NCBI GenBank assembly: GCA_944363855.1
Contig: CALVVM010000035.1
Location: 1-49,898 of the forward strand
From: an uncultured Bacilli bacterium
GTDB lineage: Bacteria > Bacillota_I > Bacilli_A > RF39 > UBA660
Length of the DNA: 49,898 nucleotides
Direction of reading: 5' to 3'
The position numbers and the translations under genes are program-made. Of this stretch, positions 15,474-24,618 are shown in pieces (position 1 is the stretch's first letter; the number at the start of each line of letters is the position of its first letter). The notes below the pieces were generated by a model. That model did no database searches. It saw only the letters and a list, made by a program, of their open reading frames with translations, and was not told where the DNA came from.

Positions 15474-17257
15474 TGGATATAAGAAGTCAAATTGCTCCAA
15501 AAGGTTTGGAGTTTAAATCAAACGAATTTATTATTAGTGATAAATATGCTTGTATATTAACTGTAATATCTTATCCAAAATTTATATATCCAGGATATTT
15601 AAGTAGTTTAACTAGTATGTCTGGAATTAAAGTAGTAATTAAACATATACCACTTCCTTTTAGTAGTATAAGTAAAATGTTAAATAAAGAACTTGCGGAT
15701 TTAAAACAAAGATATCAAGATGAAAAAGATAAAACTATTCAAGAAAGAATCAGACAAGATTATGAATCATTAGAAATCTTTATTAGTGATTTAGCCGCAA
15801 GTCAATCTAAAATATATGATTTTCAAATGCATGTTATGATAACTGCTAATACACAAGAAGAATTGGATTCTAAAAAATTACAAGTAAAAAATTATTTAGA
15901 AGCAATGGAAATGAGAGCTATACCTTTACGCTTTGAACAAGATAAGGTATTAAAATCAATATTACCTATATATGGTAAACAAGATATTGAAGATAGAATA
16001 GGGACTCCAATTCCTTCTCCAAGTATTGCGGCCATGTATCCATTTATATTTGATAGTATTAAAGATCCAGGATTGTCTACTTTACTTGGAATAGATTTTT
16101 CTGGTGGTGTAATTTTATTTAACCAATTCTTATATCAAATAAAGAAGGAACACAATCGTAATAATGCTAATATGATTATCTTAGGTACTTCTGGTAGTGG
16201 TAAATCTACTGCAGCTAAATTAATGTTAAGAAGTCATATTAGAAATAATAATCAAATTGTTGTAATAGATCCAGAAGGAGAATTAGAAGATATGACTTAT
16301 TCTTTTGATGGGGATTTCATTAGTTTAGGTAAGGGTGGATCTTTTGGTATGATAAATCCACTTGAAGTAGTAGTTGATGCTGATGAAGAAGAAATGAGAC
16401 AAGGATTAGGTTATACTGTTTTAACTAGGACTTTACAAACTATAAAAGCATTTTTAAAATACTATGATCCTAGTATTGAGGAAGATGTTGTTAATATGTT
16501 TAGTGAAGTTGTACAAGAAACATATAAGAGATTTGGTATAGATTTTGAAGTAGATTTTACTAAATTTAAATCAGAAGATTATCCTACTTTTAAAGATGTT
16601 TATGCAACTATAAAAGGTAGAATATTATCTATGCCAGAAAAGACTCAAGAAAGAGATGTTCTTGAAAAATTAGAAATAAAAATAAGACCTATTGTTAAAG
16701 AATTAAGGTATTATTTTGATGGTCATACTACTATAAAACCACAAAGTAATTTTATAGTATTTAACATAAAAGAAATTATGAATGCAGATGCCAATATAAG
16801 AAATGCTTTATTCTTTAATATATTGAAGTATGCTTGGGGACTTACTTTAGATAGTTCTGTAAATACTGTTATGATGGTTGATGAAGCACACGTACTTTTA
16901 AGTGGTGGAAATACACTAGGTGCTGATTTTTTAGCACAAATCCAAAGACGTGCGAGAAAGTACAATACTGGTACTATAATCATAACTCAACAACCAACAG
17001 ATTTTAGTGACCCTAGTGTAATTACTCAAGGAAAAGCTATATTTGATAATGCTTCTTATTATTTAGTTATGGGATTAAAGAAACAAGCTGTTGATGATTT
17101 AGCTAAGTTAATAGATTTAAATGATAACGAAAAAGAGAGTATTAAACAATATGGACAAGGAGAGGCTTTGTTTGTATGTGGAAGTAGAAGAATGAGAATA
17201 AATATAATTGTATCAGATGAAGAATTAGATTCATTTGGTAGTGGTGGAGGATTATAA
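15473..17257 (+). CDS. virB4: VirB4-family T4SS ATPase, C-terminal portion (middle and ATPase domains)
   Basis: Walker A LGTSGSGKST, Walker B VMMVDEAH, then ARKYNTGTIIITQQ. 594 aa. Confidence 0.8.
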   Translation: MDIRSQIAPKGLEFKSNEFIISDKYACILTVISYPKFIYPGYLSSLTSMSGIKVVIKHIPLPFSSISKMLNKELADLKQRYQDEKDKTIQERIRQDYESLEIFISDLAASQSKIYDFQMHVMITANTQEELDSKKLQVKNYLEAMEMRAIPLRFEQDKVLKSILPIYGKQDIEDRIGTPIPSPSIAAMYPFIFDSIKDPGLSTLLGIDFSGGVILFNQFLYQIKKEHNRNNANMIILGTSGSGKSTAAKLMLRSHIRNNNQIVVIDPEGELEDMTYSFDGDFISLGKGGSFGMINPLEVVVDADEEEMRQGLGYTVLTRTLQTIKAFLKYYDPSIEEDVVNMFSEVVQETYKRFGIDFEVDFTKFKSEDYPTFKDVYATIKGRILSMPEKTQERDVLEKLEIKIRPIVKELRYYFDGHTTIKPQSNFIVFNIKEIMNADANIRNALFFNILKYAWGLTLDSSVNTVMMVDEAHVLLSGGNTLGADFLAQIQRRARKYNTGTIIITQQPTDFSDPSVITQGKAIFDNASYYLVMGLKKQAVDDLAKLIDLNDNEKESIKQYGQGEALFVCGSRRMRINIIVSDEELDSFGSGGGL

Positions 17258-17277
17258 AATAGATAGGAGGCGACATT

Positions 17278-19218
17278 ATGCCTGATGAAAATTTAAATCA
17301 AAATGCTGAACAAAAAATGTTATCAGATGCAGAAGTGCAAAGAAGGCGTAATGTTGCCAATAACGCAAATAATGTTAGATTAGCTGCGGATGTTGCAGCT
17401 AATACGGCAAACCCTTATGCTAAAGCAGCGGGTTTAGCTGTGAAGACTGCTGATAAATTAAGTGATGGAAAAGCATCAGAAAAACTTGGTAAAACTATGG
17501 ATAATTTTATGAAAACACAAGGTTTGAAGGGTAAAATGATGCAAGCTGCCCTAAATAAAATGAGCGAAAGTGGAACAAGTGATAGGATTGCAGCAGCAGC
17601 AAACAAAAAAAATGGTGCTCCATCATCACCTAAAAAAGGAAATTTAACAGAAAATAATGTTGAAGATAGTTCGTCTAAATTGAAAGAGACAGAAGATCAA
17701 ACAGATGGTGGATCAGCAAGTTTTAGTTTTTCTTCTAAAGTTGTAAAATATGGAATAATCGGTTGTGCAGCTGCTTTTTTGCTACTAATACCTATTTGTT
17801 TGTTTACATCTGCATCTAGTATTTATATTAAATCTATAGGTTTAGGTAACGCTGATTCTGTTAGTTTTGAAGATGCAGAAAGTAAAATAAATAAAAAGCA
17901 AGAAGATACCGAAGAAGTAGAAGAAGGTGTAACTGAAGATGATTTAAGCTTTGATGTTTTTATTGAAGATGAACATACTTCTTTTAGAACACAAAAATTA
18001 GAAAAATCAAATTTAATTAAAATTGCTCAAACAACATATTTAAGAAGAAAATATACAGAAGCAGATTTATCTAATTTAGAGGATTTTTATCCTACTGTGG
18101 TTAGTTTAAGTAAGAATTATGATGAAAATATGGTGTATGATTTCTTCTTTAAGATGTATAATTTGTATACCACTTATAGAGATACATACAATGTTCATTT
18201 AGATTTACCTTTATTAATGTCAACATTGATGGTGCAATCTGATGATATGAATGTTATATTTAGTTCAAATTTAAGTAAAGAAGATAGAGCGAAAACAGCT
18301 AGAAAAAAACCAATAAAGGAATTTGACTATTATTACGATTGGTCAGGACATATTTTGGAATCAAACGTTAGTACAAATGATATGGAAATATTAGCACAAC
18401 GTATGGTTTCTTATCAAGTTAAAGAAACTTGTACGGATACTTCAGGAAAAGTAACACAAGAAAAACTTTTAAGAGATAATGAAACTAAAAATCAAGCACT
18501 ATTTTGTATTGAGGGTGAAACTTATAAAAGAGAAGAACTTGGAATGCAAATAGATAAGGAAAAATATAAAGAATTTTTAAAAGAATTTTTAGAAAAAAAA
18601 TATTATGTACTCGATGAAACTGGTTTATCTAGTAATCCAGTTGACGGATTGGAAATTTCTACGGGCACTTCTAGTATTGCGAAAGGAAATTCTTTTGCAG
18701 ATGTAATGATTAACCTTGCCAACAATGAGTATAAATTGACAAACGGTGAAAAATATGGAATGAAGTATATTAATGCTTATGGGAATAAGTCCTTTGGAAA
18801 AGGAACTCCTTGGTGTGCAATGTTTGCTTGGTATATAACAGCAAATACAAAATATAATGGACAATCTTTATATCCAGATATAATACCGTTTAAAACAGCT
18901 GCTGTAAGAACTTATATTAAAAAGTTTAATACTAGCGAAAAAGAGAATATAAATTTTTATTATAACGATAGCTGTAAAAATTTAAAGGGTAAAAATGGTA
19001 ATTTAAATTATATACCTAAAAAAGGAGATTTTATATTTTATGATTGGCAAGCTAAATATTATGATATCTCATCAGATACACAGGATCATGTTGCAATCGT
19101 AGAAAAATATGAAAATGGTACAATATATACTATTGAAGGAAATTATAGTAATACGGTATCAAAAGCAAAATACTCTATAAATGATTGCCGTGTAATTGGT
19201 TTTGGATCATGGTATTAG
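17278..19218 (+). CDS. membrane-anchored cell-wall hydrolase with a C-terminal CHAP (NlpC/P60-like) domain (PrgK/TcpG/VirB1 analogue)
   Basis: RBS AGGAGG. About 160-aa Ala/Lys-rich N-terminus, TM GIIGCAAAFLLLIPICLF, then a C-terminal GTPWCAMFAWYI...DHVAIVE...TIEGN Cys-His CHAP signature. Confidence 0.7.
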   Translation: MPDENLNQNAEQKMLSDAEVQRRRNVANNANNVRLAADVAANTANPYAKAAGLAVKTADKLSDGKASEKLGKTMDNFMKTQGLKGKMMQAALNKMSESGTSDRIAAAANKKNGAPSSPKKGNLTENNVEDSSSKLKETEDQTDGGSASFSFSSKVVKYGIIGCAAAFLLLIPICLFTSASSIYIKSIGLGNADSVSFEDAESKINKKQEDTEEVEEGVTEDDLSFDVFIEDEHTSFRTQKLEKSNLIKIAQTTYLRRKYTEADLSNLEDFYPTVVSLSKNYDENMVYDFFFKMYNLYTTYRDTYNVHLDLPLLMSTLMVQSDDMNVIFSSNLSKEDRAKTARKKPIKEFDYYYDWSGHILESNVSTNDMEILAQRMVSYQVKETCTDTSGKVTQEKLLRDNETKNQALFCIEGETYKREELGMQIDKEKYKEFLKEFLEKKYYVLDETGLSSNPVDGLEISTGTSSIAKGNSFADVMINLANNEYKLTNGEKYGMKYINAYGNKSFGKGTPWCAMFAWYITANTKYNGQSLYPDIIPFKTAAVRTYIKKFNTSEKENINFYYNDSCKNLKGKNGNLNYIPKKGDFIFYDWQAKYYDISSDTQDHVAIVEKYENGTIYTIEGNYSNTVSKAKYSINDCRVIGFGSWY

Positions 19219-19227
19219 GAGGAAAAA

Positions 19228-19890
19228 ATGAAAAAAATATTATTTATAATTCCTTTAATACTTCTTATAAGTGGATGTTCATCCACTTATAATTTAGAAA
19301 TAGGGAATGATAGTTTTAAAGAAGATATAGATATTAAAATTGATAAGACTGAAATTCCTAGTGAATCTTTGTACGAAGAAATCGAAACAGATGATCAAAT
19401 AACTCCATTTTTAGAAGAAAATCACCATGCATTTTTTTCTAAAAAAGATAAATATTATAATAAAAAAGTTATTTACTATGATGATTATATTGATGTAAAT
19501 TTGTCGTACGATTATTCTTCAAGTCAATTTAAAGATGCAAACTCTTTAAATTCTTGTTTTGAAAATTTTATTTTTGATGATGGAGAAAGTTATTATATAC
19601 ATGTTTATGGTAATTTTTATTGTTTATATGCTGATGAATTCATTGTAAATATAAAGACAAACAATAAAGTGATAAGAAGTAATGCAACAAGTGTGGAAGG
19701 AAATATATATACTTGGATAATAAATAATGATAATAAATATGATGTAGACATTGAATTAGAGGTTTCAAAGGGATTTCCTTGGAAAAATATAATTAAATAT
19801 ACAATTATTCTTGGTTCAATTGTAATTTTTGTGTTTGGTGCTATTTATTATGTTTATAATAAAAATAAAAGAACTAATTCTATTGATTGA
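19228..19890 (+). CDS. lipoprotein with a C-terminal TM helix, function unknown
   Basis: Lipobox LLISGCSS and C-terminal helix YTIILGSIVIFVFGAIYYV. RBS AGGAGG. Confidence 0.55.
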   Translation: MKKILFIIPLILLISGCSSTYNLEIGNDSFKEDIDIKIDKTEIPSESLYEEIETDDQITPFLEENHHAFFSKKDKYYNKKVIYYDDYIDVNLSYDYSSSQFKDANSLNSCFENFIFDDGESYYIHVYGNFYCLYADEFIVNIKTNNKVIRSNATSVEGNIYTWIINNDNKYDVDIELEVSKGFPWKNIIKYTIILGSIVIFVFGAIYYVYNKNKRTNSID

Positions 19891-19901
19891 GGTGAAGTAA
19901 G

Positions 19902-21146
19902 TTGAAAAAAATATATACTATAATGTTTACTTTAATTTCTTTGTTTTACCTTAAATTAGAATTTGTTAATGCATATGATTTTATTGACTCCAATAACGAA
20001 AATTTGATTAGGGAACAAATAAATCAAATATATGATGCTAAAGAACAATATGAAGATTTAGTTGGTAGTTATGAAGAAATAACAATAACTACTTATGACG
20101 CTACTCCTAATTCATATTGGTGGCCAATTGGTAGTGCAGAAACAAATACTGTAGATGGTATTATATTCGCAAATGGAGATCCAGAAGTTGTTTATGTTTC
20201 TTCAAAGTTTGGATATAGAAAAGACCCTCTTGGTAGAGGTAGAAGATTTCACTCTGGAGTTGATATTGCGGGTGGAACAGAAGGAAATGTTAATATTATA
20301 GCAGCTAAAGATGGTGTGGTTGTTTATCCTACTGCAGGAGTATCTAATAACTGTCTTTCTAGTAATTCATTGTCTTCTTGTGGTGGAGGATATGGAAATT
20401 ATGTTATAATTCAACATGGTGATGGAAATTATACGTTGTATGCTCATTTATATCAAAATTCAATAACAGTAAAAGCTGGAGACAGTGTTAAACAGGGACA
20501 AGTTATTGGTAAGATGGGTAGTAGTGGTAATTCAACTGGAAACCACTTACATTTTGAAATAAGAGAAGGCTCAAATAGTGGCTCAGCAACAGTAGATCCT
20601 TTAAATTATATTTCAGCAGAAAATCCACGTGCTGTTTTTACAGGTGATGAATTTTTAAAGTGGCTAAATAGTTGGGAAGGGCATTCTCCAATAGATGGTG
20701 AATATTATGTTGTTGAAAATATCGGAGATGGTGTAAGAACTGTTGGTGGTGGTGTCACATTAGAGCACAATGCTGATAGTTTTGCAGCTTATGGAATTGA
20801 TATTAAAGATTATCCTGTAGGTAGTAAAATTGCAATTTCTATTGTAGATAGTATTCAATTAGAAGAAATTGCTTCTAAAAGAAGTACAATAGAAAATACT
20901 TTGTCGAATAATTCAATAACCCTTCAAGAAAACGAAATTCAAGCTTTAGTTTCTCAAAAATATAATACAGGAAACATCAAAGGCTTTGTAGATGCTTATA
21001 ATACATATGGTAATACACAAGAGCTTTATGATAACTGGTTTTTTAGAGCTATAATGAAGGGTACTAAGTTTGAAAAGGGATTAACTAGAAGACGTAATGC
21101 AGAATGGGCTTTGTTTCATACAGCTAAATATGTATATAATGGTTAG
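19902..21146 (+). CDS. secreted bifunctional peptidoglycan hydrolase (M23/LytM peptidase plus lysozyme-like C-domain)
   Basis: M23 motifs HSGVDIAG and GNHLHFEIR. The C-terminal WEGHSP...GDGVRTVGGGVTLE segment is lysozyme (GH24)-like. TTG start with RBS GGTGA. Confidence 0.7.
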   Translation: MKKIYTIMFTLISLFYLKLEFVNAYDFIDSNNENLIREQINQIYDAKEQYEDLVGSYEEITITTYDATPNSYWWPIGSAETNTVDGIIFANGDPEVVYVSSKFGYRKDPLGRGRRFHSGVDIAGGTEGNVNIIAAKDGVVVYPTAGVSNNCLSSNSLSSCGGGYGNYVIIQHGDGNYTLYAHLYQNSITVKAGDSVKQGQVIGKMGSSGNSTGNHLHFEIREGSNSGSATVDPLNYISAENPRAVFTGDEFLKWLNSWEGHSPIDGEYYVVENIGDGVRTVGGGVTLEHNADSFAAYGIDIKDYPVGSKIAISIVDSIQLEEIASKRSTIENTLSNNSITLQENEIQALVSQKYNTGNIKGFVDAYNTYGNTQELYDNWFFRAIMKGTKFEKGLTRRRNAEWALFHTAKYVYNG

Positions 21147-21154
21147 GTGATAAG

Positions 21155-21673
21155 ATGAAAGATAAATCTAAGTTAGTTGCAATTATTTTAGTTATTATTA
21201 CAATTTTAGTTGTTGTTTTAACAAATTTTTTTAATAAAGATGATAAACAATTAGAGAATAAAATTGAAATAGTAACAAACTATAGTAATTTTTATACTGT
21301 TGATTCTTGTTTATATAGGACTATAACCTATATAGCATCTAAAGATAGTCAAAGTCTATTGTCTATATTAAGTAGTAATTATAAAAAAGAAAATAATATA
21401 GATTCCAGTAATATTTTGAGTTTGTTTAATTCTATAGAAGAAGATTCGGTTTTTATATCCAAAAAAATGTATTATGAAAAAATAAATAATAATATAACCA
21501 AATATTATGTTTATGGATTAGTAGAAAAAAATCAAATCATAGATGATGCGTTGACAGTAGATAATCAATACACTAATCAGTATTTTATTGTTTACTTGGA
21601 TACAATTAATAAAACTTTTGCAGTGGAGCCTTATGATGGTAGTATATTTATAGGTGGTGAAAATAATGAATAA
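21155..21673 (+). CDS. small bitopic protein (N-terminal TM plus alpha/beta domain), possible VirB8/TcpC-like component
   Basis: TM LVAIILVIITILVVVL followed by a ~140-aa domain. Position between the hydrolases and the T4CP. No diagnostic motif. Confidence 0.3.
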   Translation: MKDKSKLVAIILVIITILVVVLTNFFNKDDKQLENKIEIVTNYSNFYTVDSCLYRTITYIASKDSQSLLSILSSNYKKENNIDSSNILSLFNSIEEDSVFISKKMYYEKINNNITKYYVYGLVEKNQIIDDALTVDNQYTNQYFIVYLDTINKTFAVEPYDGSIFIGGENNE

Positions 21674-22139
21674 AAATCCTATAAAGTATGGTATAATAAT
21701 TGCTATTATTATCTTAGTTTTTGTCGGCGCATATTTCATAATAAGTAAGCTTACAGAAGATAATTCATTAGGCTATGAAGAGTTTTTAAAAGATTATGAG
21801 GTAAATGAATATATTGCTTCTTATGTATCAGATGAAGATATGGCGAAGATTTATTTAAACGATTACATACATAATATGTTTTATGATGTAGAAAAAGCTT
21901 ATAATTTATTAGATGAAGAATATAAAACAAAGAAATTTGGTAGTTTAGATAATTTTAAATCCTATGTAGATGGTTTAGAATATTCAACTTATGTTTTATC
22001 TAGATATTATAAAAAAGACACAGATGGATATATAATTTTTGGAGTATATGATAAAAATGGAAACTTCTTTGCTTTTAAAACAAAAGGAGTATTACAATAT
22101 ACAGTATTCTTAGATGATTACACAGTAGAGATATGGTGA
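21666..22139 (+). CDS. small bitopic protein (N-terminal TM plus alpha/beta domain), possible VirB8/TcpC-like component
   Basis: Start at ATG 21666 (MNKNPIKYG), in an ATGAATAA overlap with the previous ORF. TM GIIIAIIILVFVGAYFII followed by a ~130-aa domain. Confidence 0.3.
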   Translation: MNKNPIKYGIIIAIIILVFVGAYFIISKLTEDNSLGYEEFLKDYEVNEYIASYVSDEDMAKIYLNDYIHNMFYDVEKAYNLLDEEYKTKKFGSLDNFKSYVDGLEYSTYVLSRYYKKDTDGYIIFGVYDKNGNFFAFKTKGVLQYTVFLDDYTVEIW

Positions 22140-22143
22140 TAAA

Positions 22144-24216
22144 ATGAGATTAAGATTTAGAGCTGATGCTAAAGATGTATTAATATTTGTTATATTTGCT
22201 ATTGTATGGCTATTTGTTGTAGCCTTAGCTGTTGCAAATGTTTCTGCTTTCTTAAATGGCGAATCTTTTACTATTAATTTATTTTTAGGTTTTATTGGTG
22301 GTAATTTAGCGGCTACTTTAGTTTTCTTTTTTGCTGGACTTATTGCTGCTTTTGCAGGAGTTAAATCAGTATTCATAGAAAAAGAAGATTCTTCTGGAAT
22401 AGGATTTTCAGTTGGGCAAAAAAAGGAAAAAAACTATTCAAGATGGGCTAAAGATAAAGAAATTGAGAATGGTTTGGATGTTAAAGCAGTTGATCCTTTA
22501 GCGCCTAAATCAGATGCTGCGGGTATACCTCTAAAAATGACACCTAAAAAAGTTTGGGTAGATAATGGTGGATATCATAATATTGTTATAGGTTCTACTG
22601 GAGCAGGTAAAACTCAAACTACAGTTTTACCAATGGTAAATTTACTTGCTAAACATGATGAATCTATGATTATAACAGACCCTAAAGGTGAAATATATGA
22701 AAATACTTCTAACTATTTAAAAAGTTTAGGATATAATATAGTACTTTTAAACTTCCGTGATCCACAACAGGGAAATGCTTGGAATCCTATGTATTTACCT
22801 TATTCATTGTATAAAAATGGTAATATAGATAAATCAGTTGAGTTATTAGAAGACTTAGCTGCTAATATCTTAAAAGATCCAAGCGCTAAAGGACAAGATC
22901 CTTTCTGGGAAAATACATCTGCAGACTATTTTGCAGGTCTTGCATGTGCTTTATTTGAAGACGCTAAGGAAGAAGAAATAAATTTAAATAGTATAAACTT
23001 AATGACTACAGTAGGTGAAGAAAAGTTAGCTAATACTACTTATATTAAAGATTATTTTAGTTATAAAGATCCTGCTAGTACAGCTTATACTAAAGCGTCA
23101 TCTACTTTAATGGCACCAAGCGAAACAAAGGGAAGTATTTTATCAGTTTTTAAACAGAGAGTTCAATTATTTGCTTCACGTGCTAACTTATCAGAGATGC
23201 TAGCAAACAATGACTTTGATATGCGTGATATTGGTAGGAAAAAGACAGCTGTATTTATAGTAATACAAGATGAAAAAACTACATATCATACATTAGTTAC
23301 AATTTTCTTGAAACAATGCTATGAAACATTAATTTCAGTAGCACAAGAATCAGGTGGAAAATTACCACATAGAACAAACTTTATATTAGATGAGTTTGCG
23401 AATATGCCACCTTTAAAAGATGTTACAACAATGGTTACTGCAGCTCGTTCAAGAAACATTAGATTTACATTTATTATCCAAAACTTTGCTCAACTTTACG
23501 AAGTATATGGCAAAGAAAACGGAGAAACAATTAAAGGTAACTGTGGTAATATAGTTTACTTGATAAGTACAGAGTTATCCGCACTTGAAGAAATAAGTAA
23601 GATGTGTGGTGAAGTTAAATCTAAAGAGAAGGAAAAAACATCATCAACACCTCTTGTTACAGTAAGTGACTTACAAAGACTTAGTCAATGGGAAACAATA
23701 ATTTTAAGACTTAGAACAATGCCTTTTAAAACTAAATTAACACCTAATTTCCAAATGAATTGGGGACATAGTTTTCCTAAAGCAGGGTATCCGGAGAGAC
23801 AAAAAAATCCTGTTTCAACTTTTGATTTAAAAACATTCGTAAATAAAAAAAGAGAAGAAAAAATAAACAGTATGTTAAATGGTGATTCTGCTCCTAGCGG
23901 TGGAAATGTTCCATCAAATCCATTTGGTGGTGGTGCTCCTTTTAATCCATTTATGCCACCAAGAGAATCCAATGAATCTAGTGGCGGTGGATTTAACGTA
24001 GATGATTTAGTTAAAAGAATAGATGCTAAAATAGCTGAGCTTGAAGAAGAGGAAAGACAAGAAAAAGCTAAATTAGAGCAAGAAAACAAAACTAAATTAG
24101 AATCATCTCAGAAAATATCAGAAATGACAAAAGCTGAAGTAACTACTGAAGAAATTAAATCTAAGAATGGAATTACTGATGATCAATTCTTTGATGATTT
24201 CTTCTTTGATGAATAA
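22144..24216 (+). CDS. virD4: VirD4/TraG-family type IV coupling protein (T4CP)
   Basis: Two N-terminal TM helices, Walker A GSTGAGKTQT, Walker B FILDEFANMP, and NIRFTFIIQNFAQL. Low-complexity Gly/Pro plus coiled-coil C-terminus ending in DDQFFDDFFFDE. Confidence 0.8.
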   Translation: MRLRFRADAKDVLIFVIFAIVWLFVVALAVANVSAFLNGESFTINLFLGFIGGNLAATLVFFFAGLIAAFAGVKSVFIEKEDSSGIGFSVGQKKEKNYSRWAKDKEIENGLDVKAVDPLAPKSDAAGIPLKMTPKKVWVDNGGYHNIVIGSTGAGKTQTTVLPMVNLLAKHDESMIITDPKGEIYENTSNYLKSLGYNIVLLNFRDPQQGNAWNPMYLPYSLYKNGNIDKSVELLEDLAANILKDPSAKGQDPFWENTSADYFAGLACALFEDAKEEEINLNSINLMTTVGEEKLANTTYIKDYFSYKDPASTAYTKASSTLMAPSETKGSILSVFKQRVQLFASRANLSEMLANNDFDMRDIGRKKTAVFIVIQDEKTTYHTLVTIFLKQCYETLISVAQESGGKLPHRTNFILDEFANMPPLKDVTTMVTAARSRNIRFTFIIQNFAQLYEVYGKENGETIKGNCGNIVYLISTELSALEEISKMCGEVKSKEKEKTSSTPLVTVSDLQRLSQWETIILRLRTMPFKTKLTPNFQMNWGHSFPKAGYPERQKNPVSTFDLKTFVNKKREEKINSMLNGDSAPSGGNVPSNPFGGGAPFNPFMPPRESNESSGGGFNVDDLVKRIDAKIAELEEEERQEKAKLEQENKTKLESSQKISEMTKAEVTTEEIKSKNGITDDQFFDDFFFDE

Positions 24217-24273
24217 ACTATTTAACTTGATAAATGATAACCATCCTCATATAATGTATTAGGGTGGTTATTT

Positions 24274-24561
24274 ATGTTTGAAAGTATTTCTGTTACTGAT
24301 TTAAAACGATTAAATAATCCTAATTTAATTGATATAAGAAGTATAGAAAAATATAATAATAAACATATTATGAATGCAGTAAATATACCTTTAGAACAAT
24401 TATTAATAAGACCAGAAAAATATTTAAGTAAATTTGAAAAATATTATATATATTGTCAAAAAGGAATACAGAGTAGAAAACTCTGTCAAATATTAATAAG
24501 AGCAGGATATAATGTAGTAAATGTTACAGGTGGATATGAATCCTGGATTTTAAATGAATAA
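24274..24561 (+). CDS. single-domain rhodanese-like sulfurtransferase
   Basis: 95 aa with active-site loop YCQKGIQSR and C-terminal GGYESW. Confidence 0.7.
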   Translation: MFESISVTDLKRLNNPNLIDIRSIEKYNNKHIMNAVNIPLEQLLIRPEKYLSKFEKYYIYCQKGIQSRKLCQILIRAGYNVVNVTGGYESWILNE

Positions 24562-24586
24562 GAAAAAAATCTTATTCATTTTTTGT
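24555..24586 (+). terminator. rho-independent terminator
   Basis: TGAATAAG (24555-24562) / CTTATTCA (24571-24578) followed by TTTTTTG. Confidence 0.6.
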
Positions 24587-24618
24587 TTTATATGGTAAAA
24601 TATATATAGGTGATAATA

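Noticed and set aside
2431-23860. A7-A9 homopolymer tracts inside cluster genes (for example near 2431, 13753, 17598, 18594 and 22420) as phase-variation switches
   Set aside because: Such tracts occur throughout this AT-rich, Lys-rich coding sequence, including in housekeeping genes. Nothing singles them out without population data.
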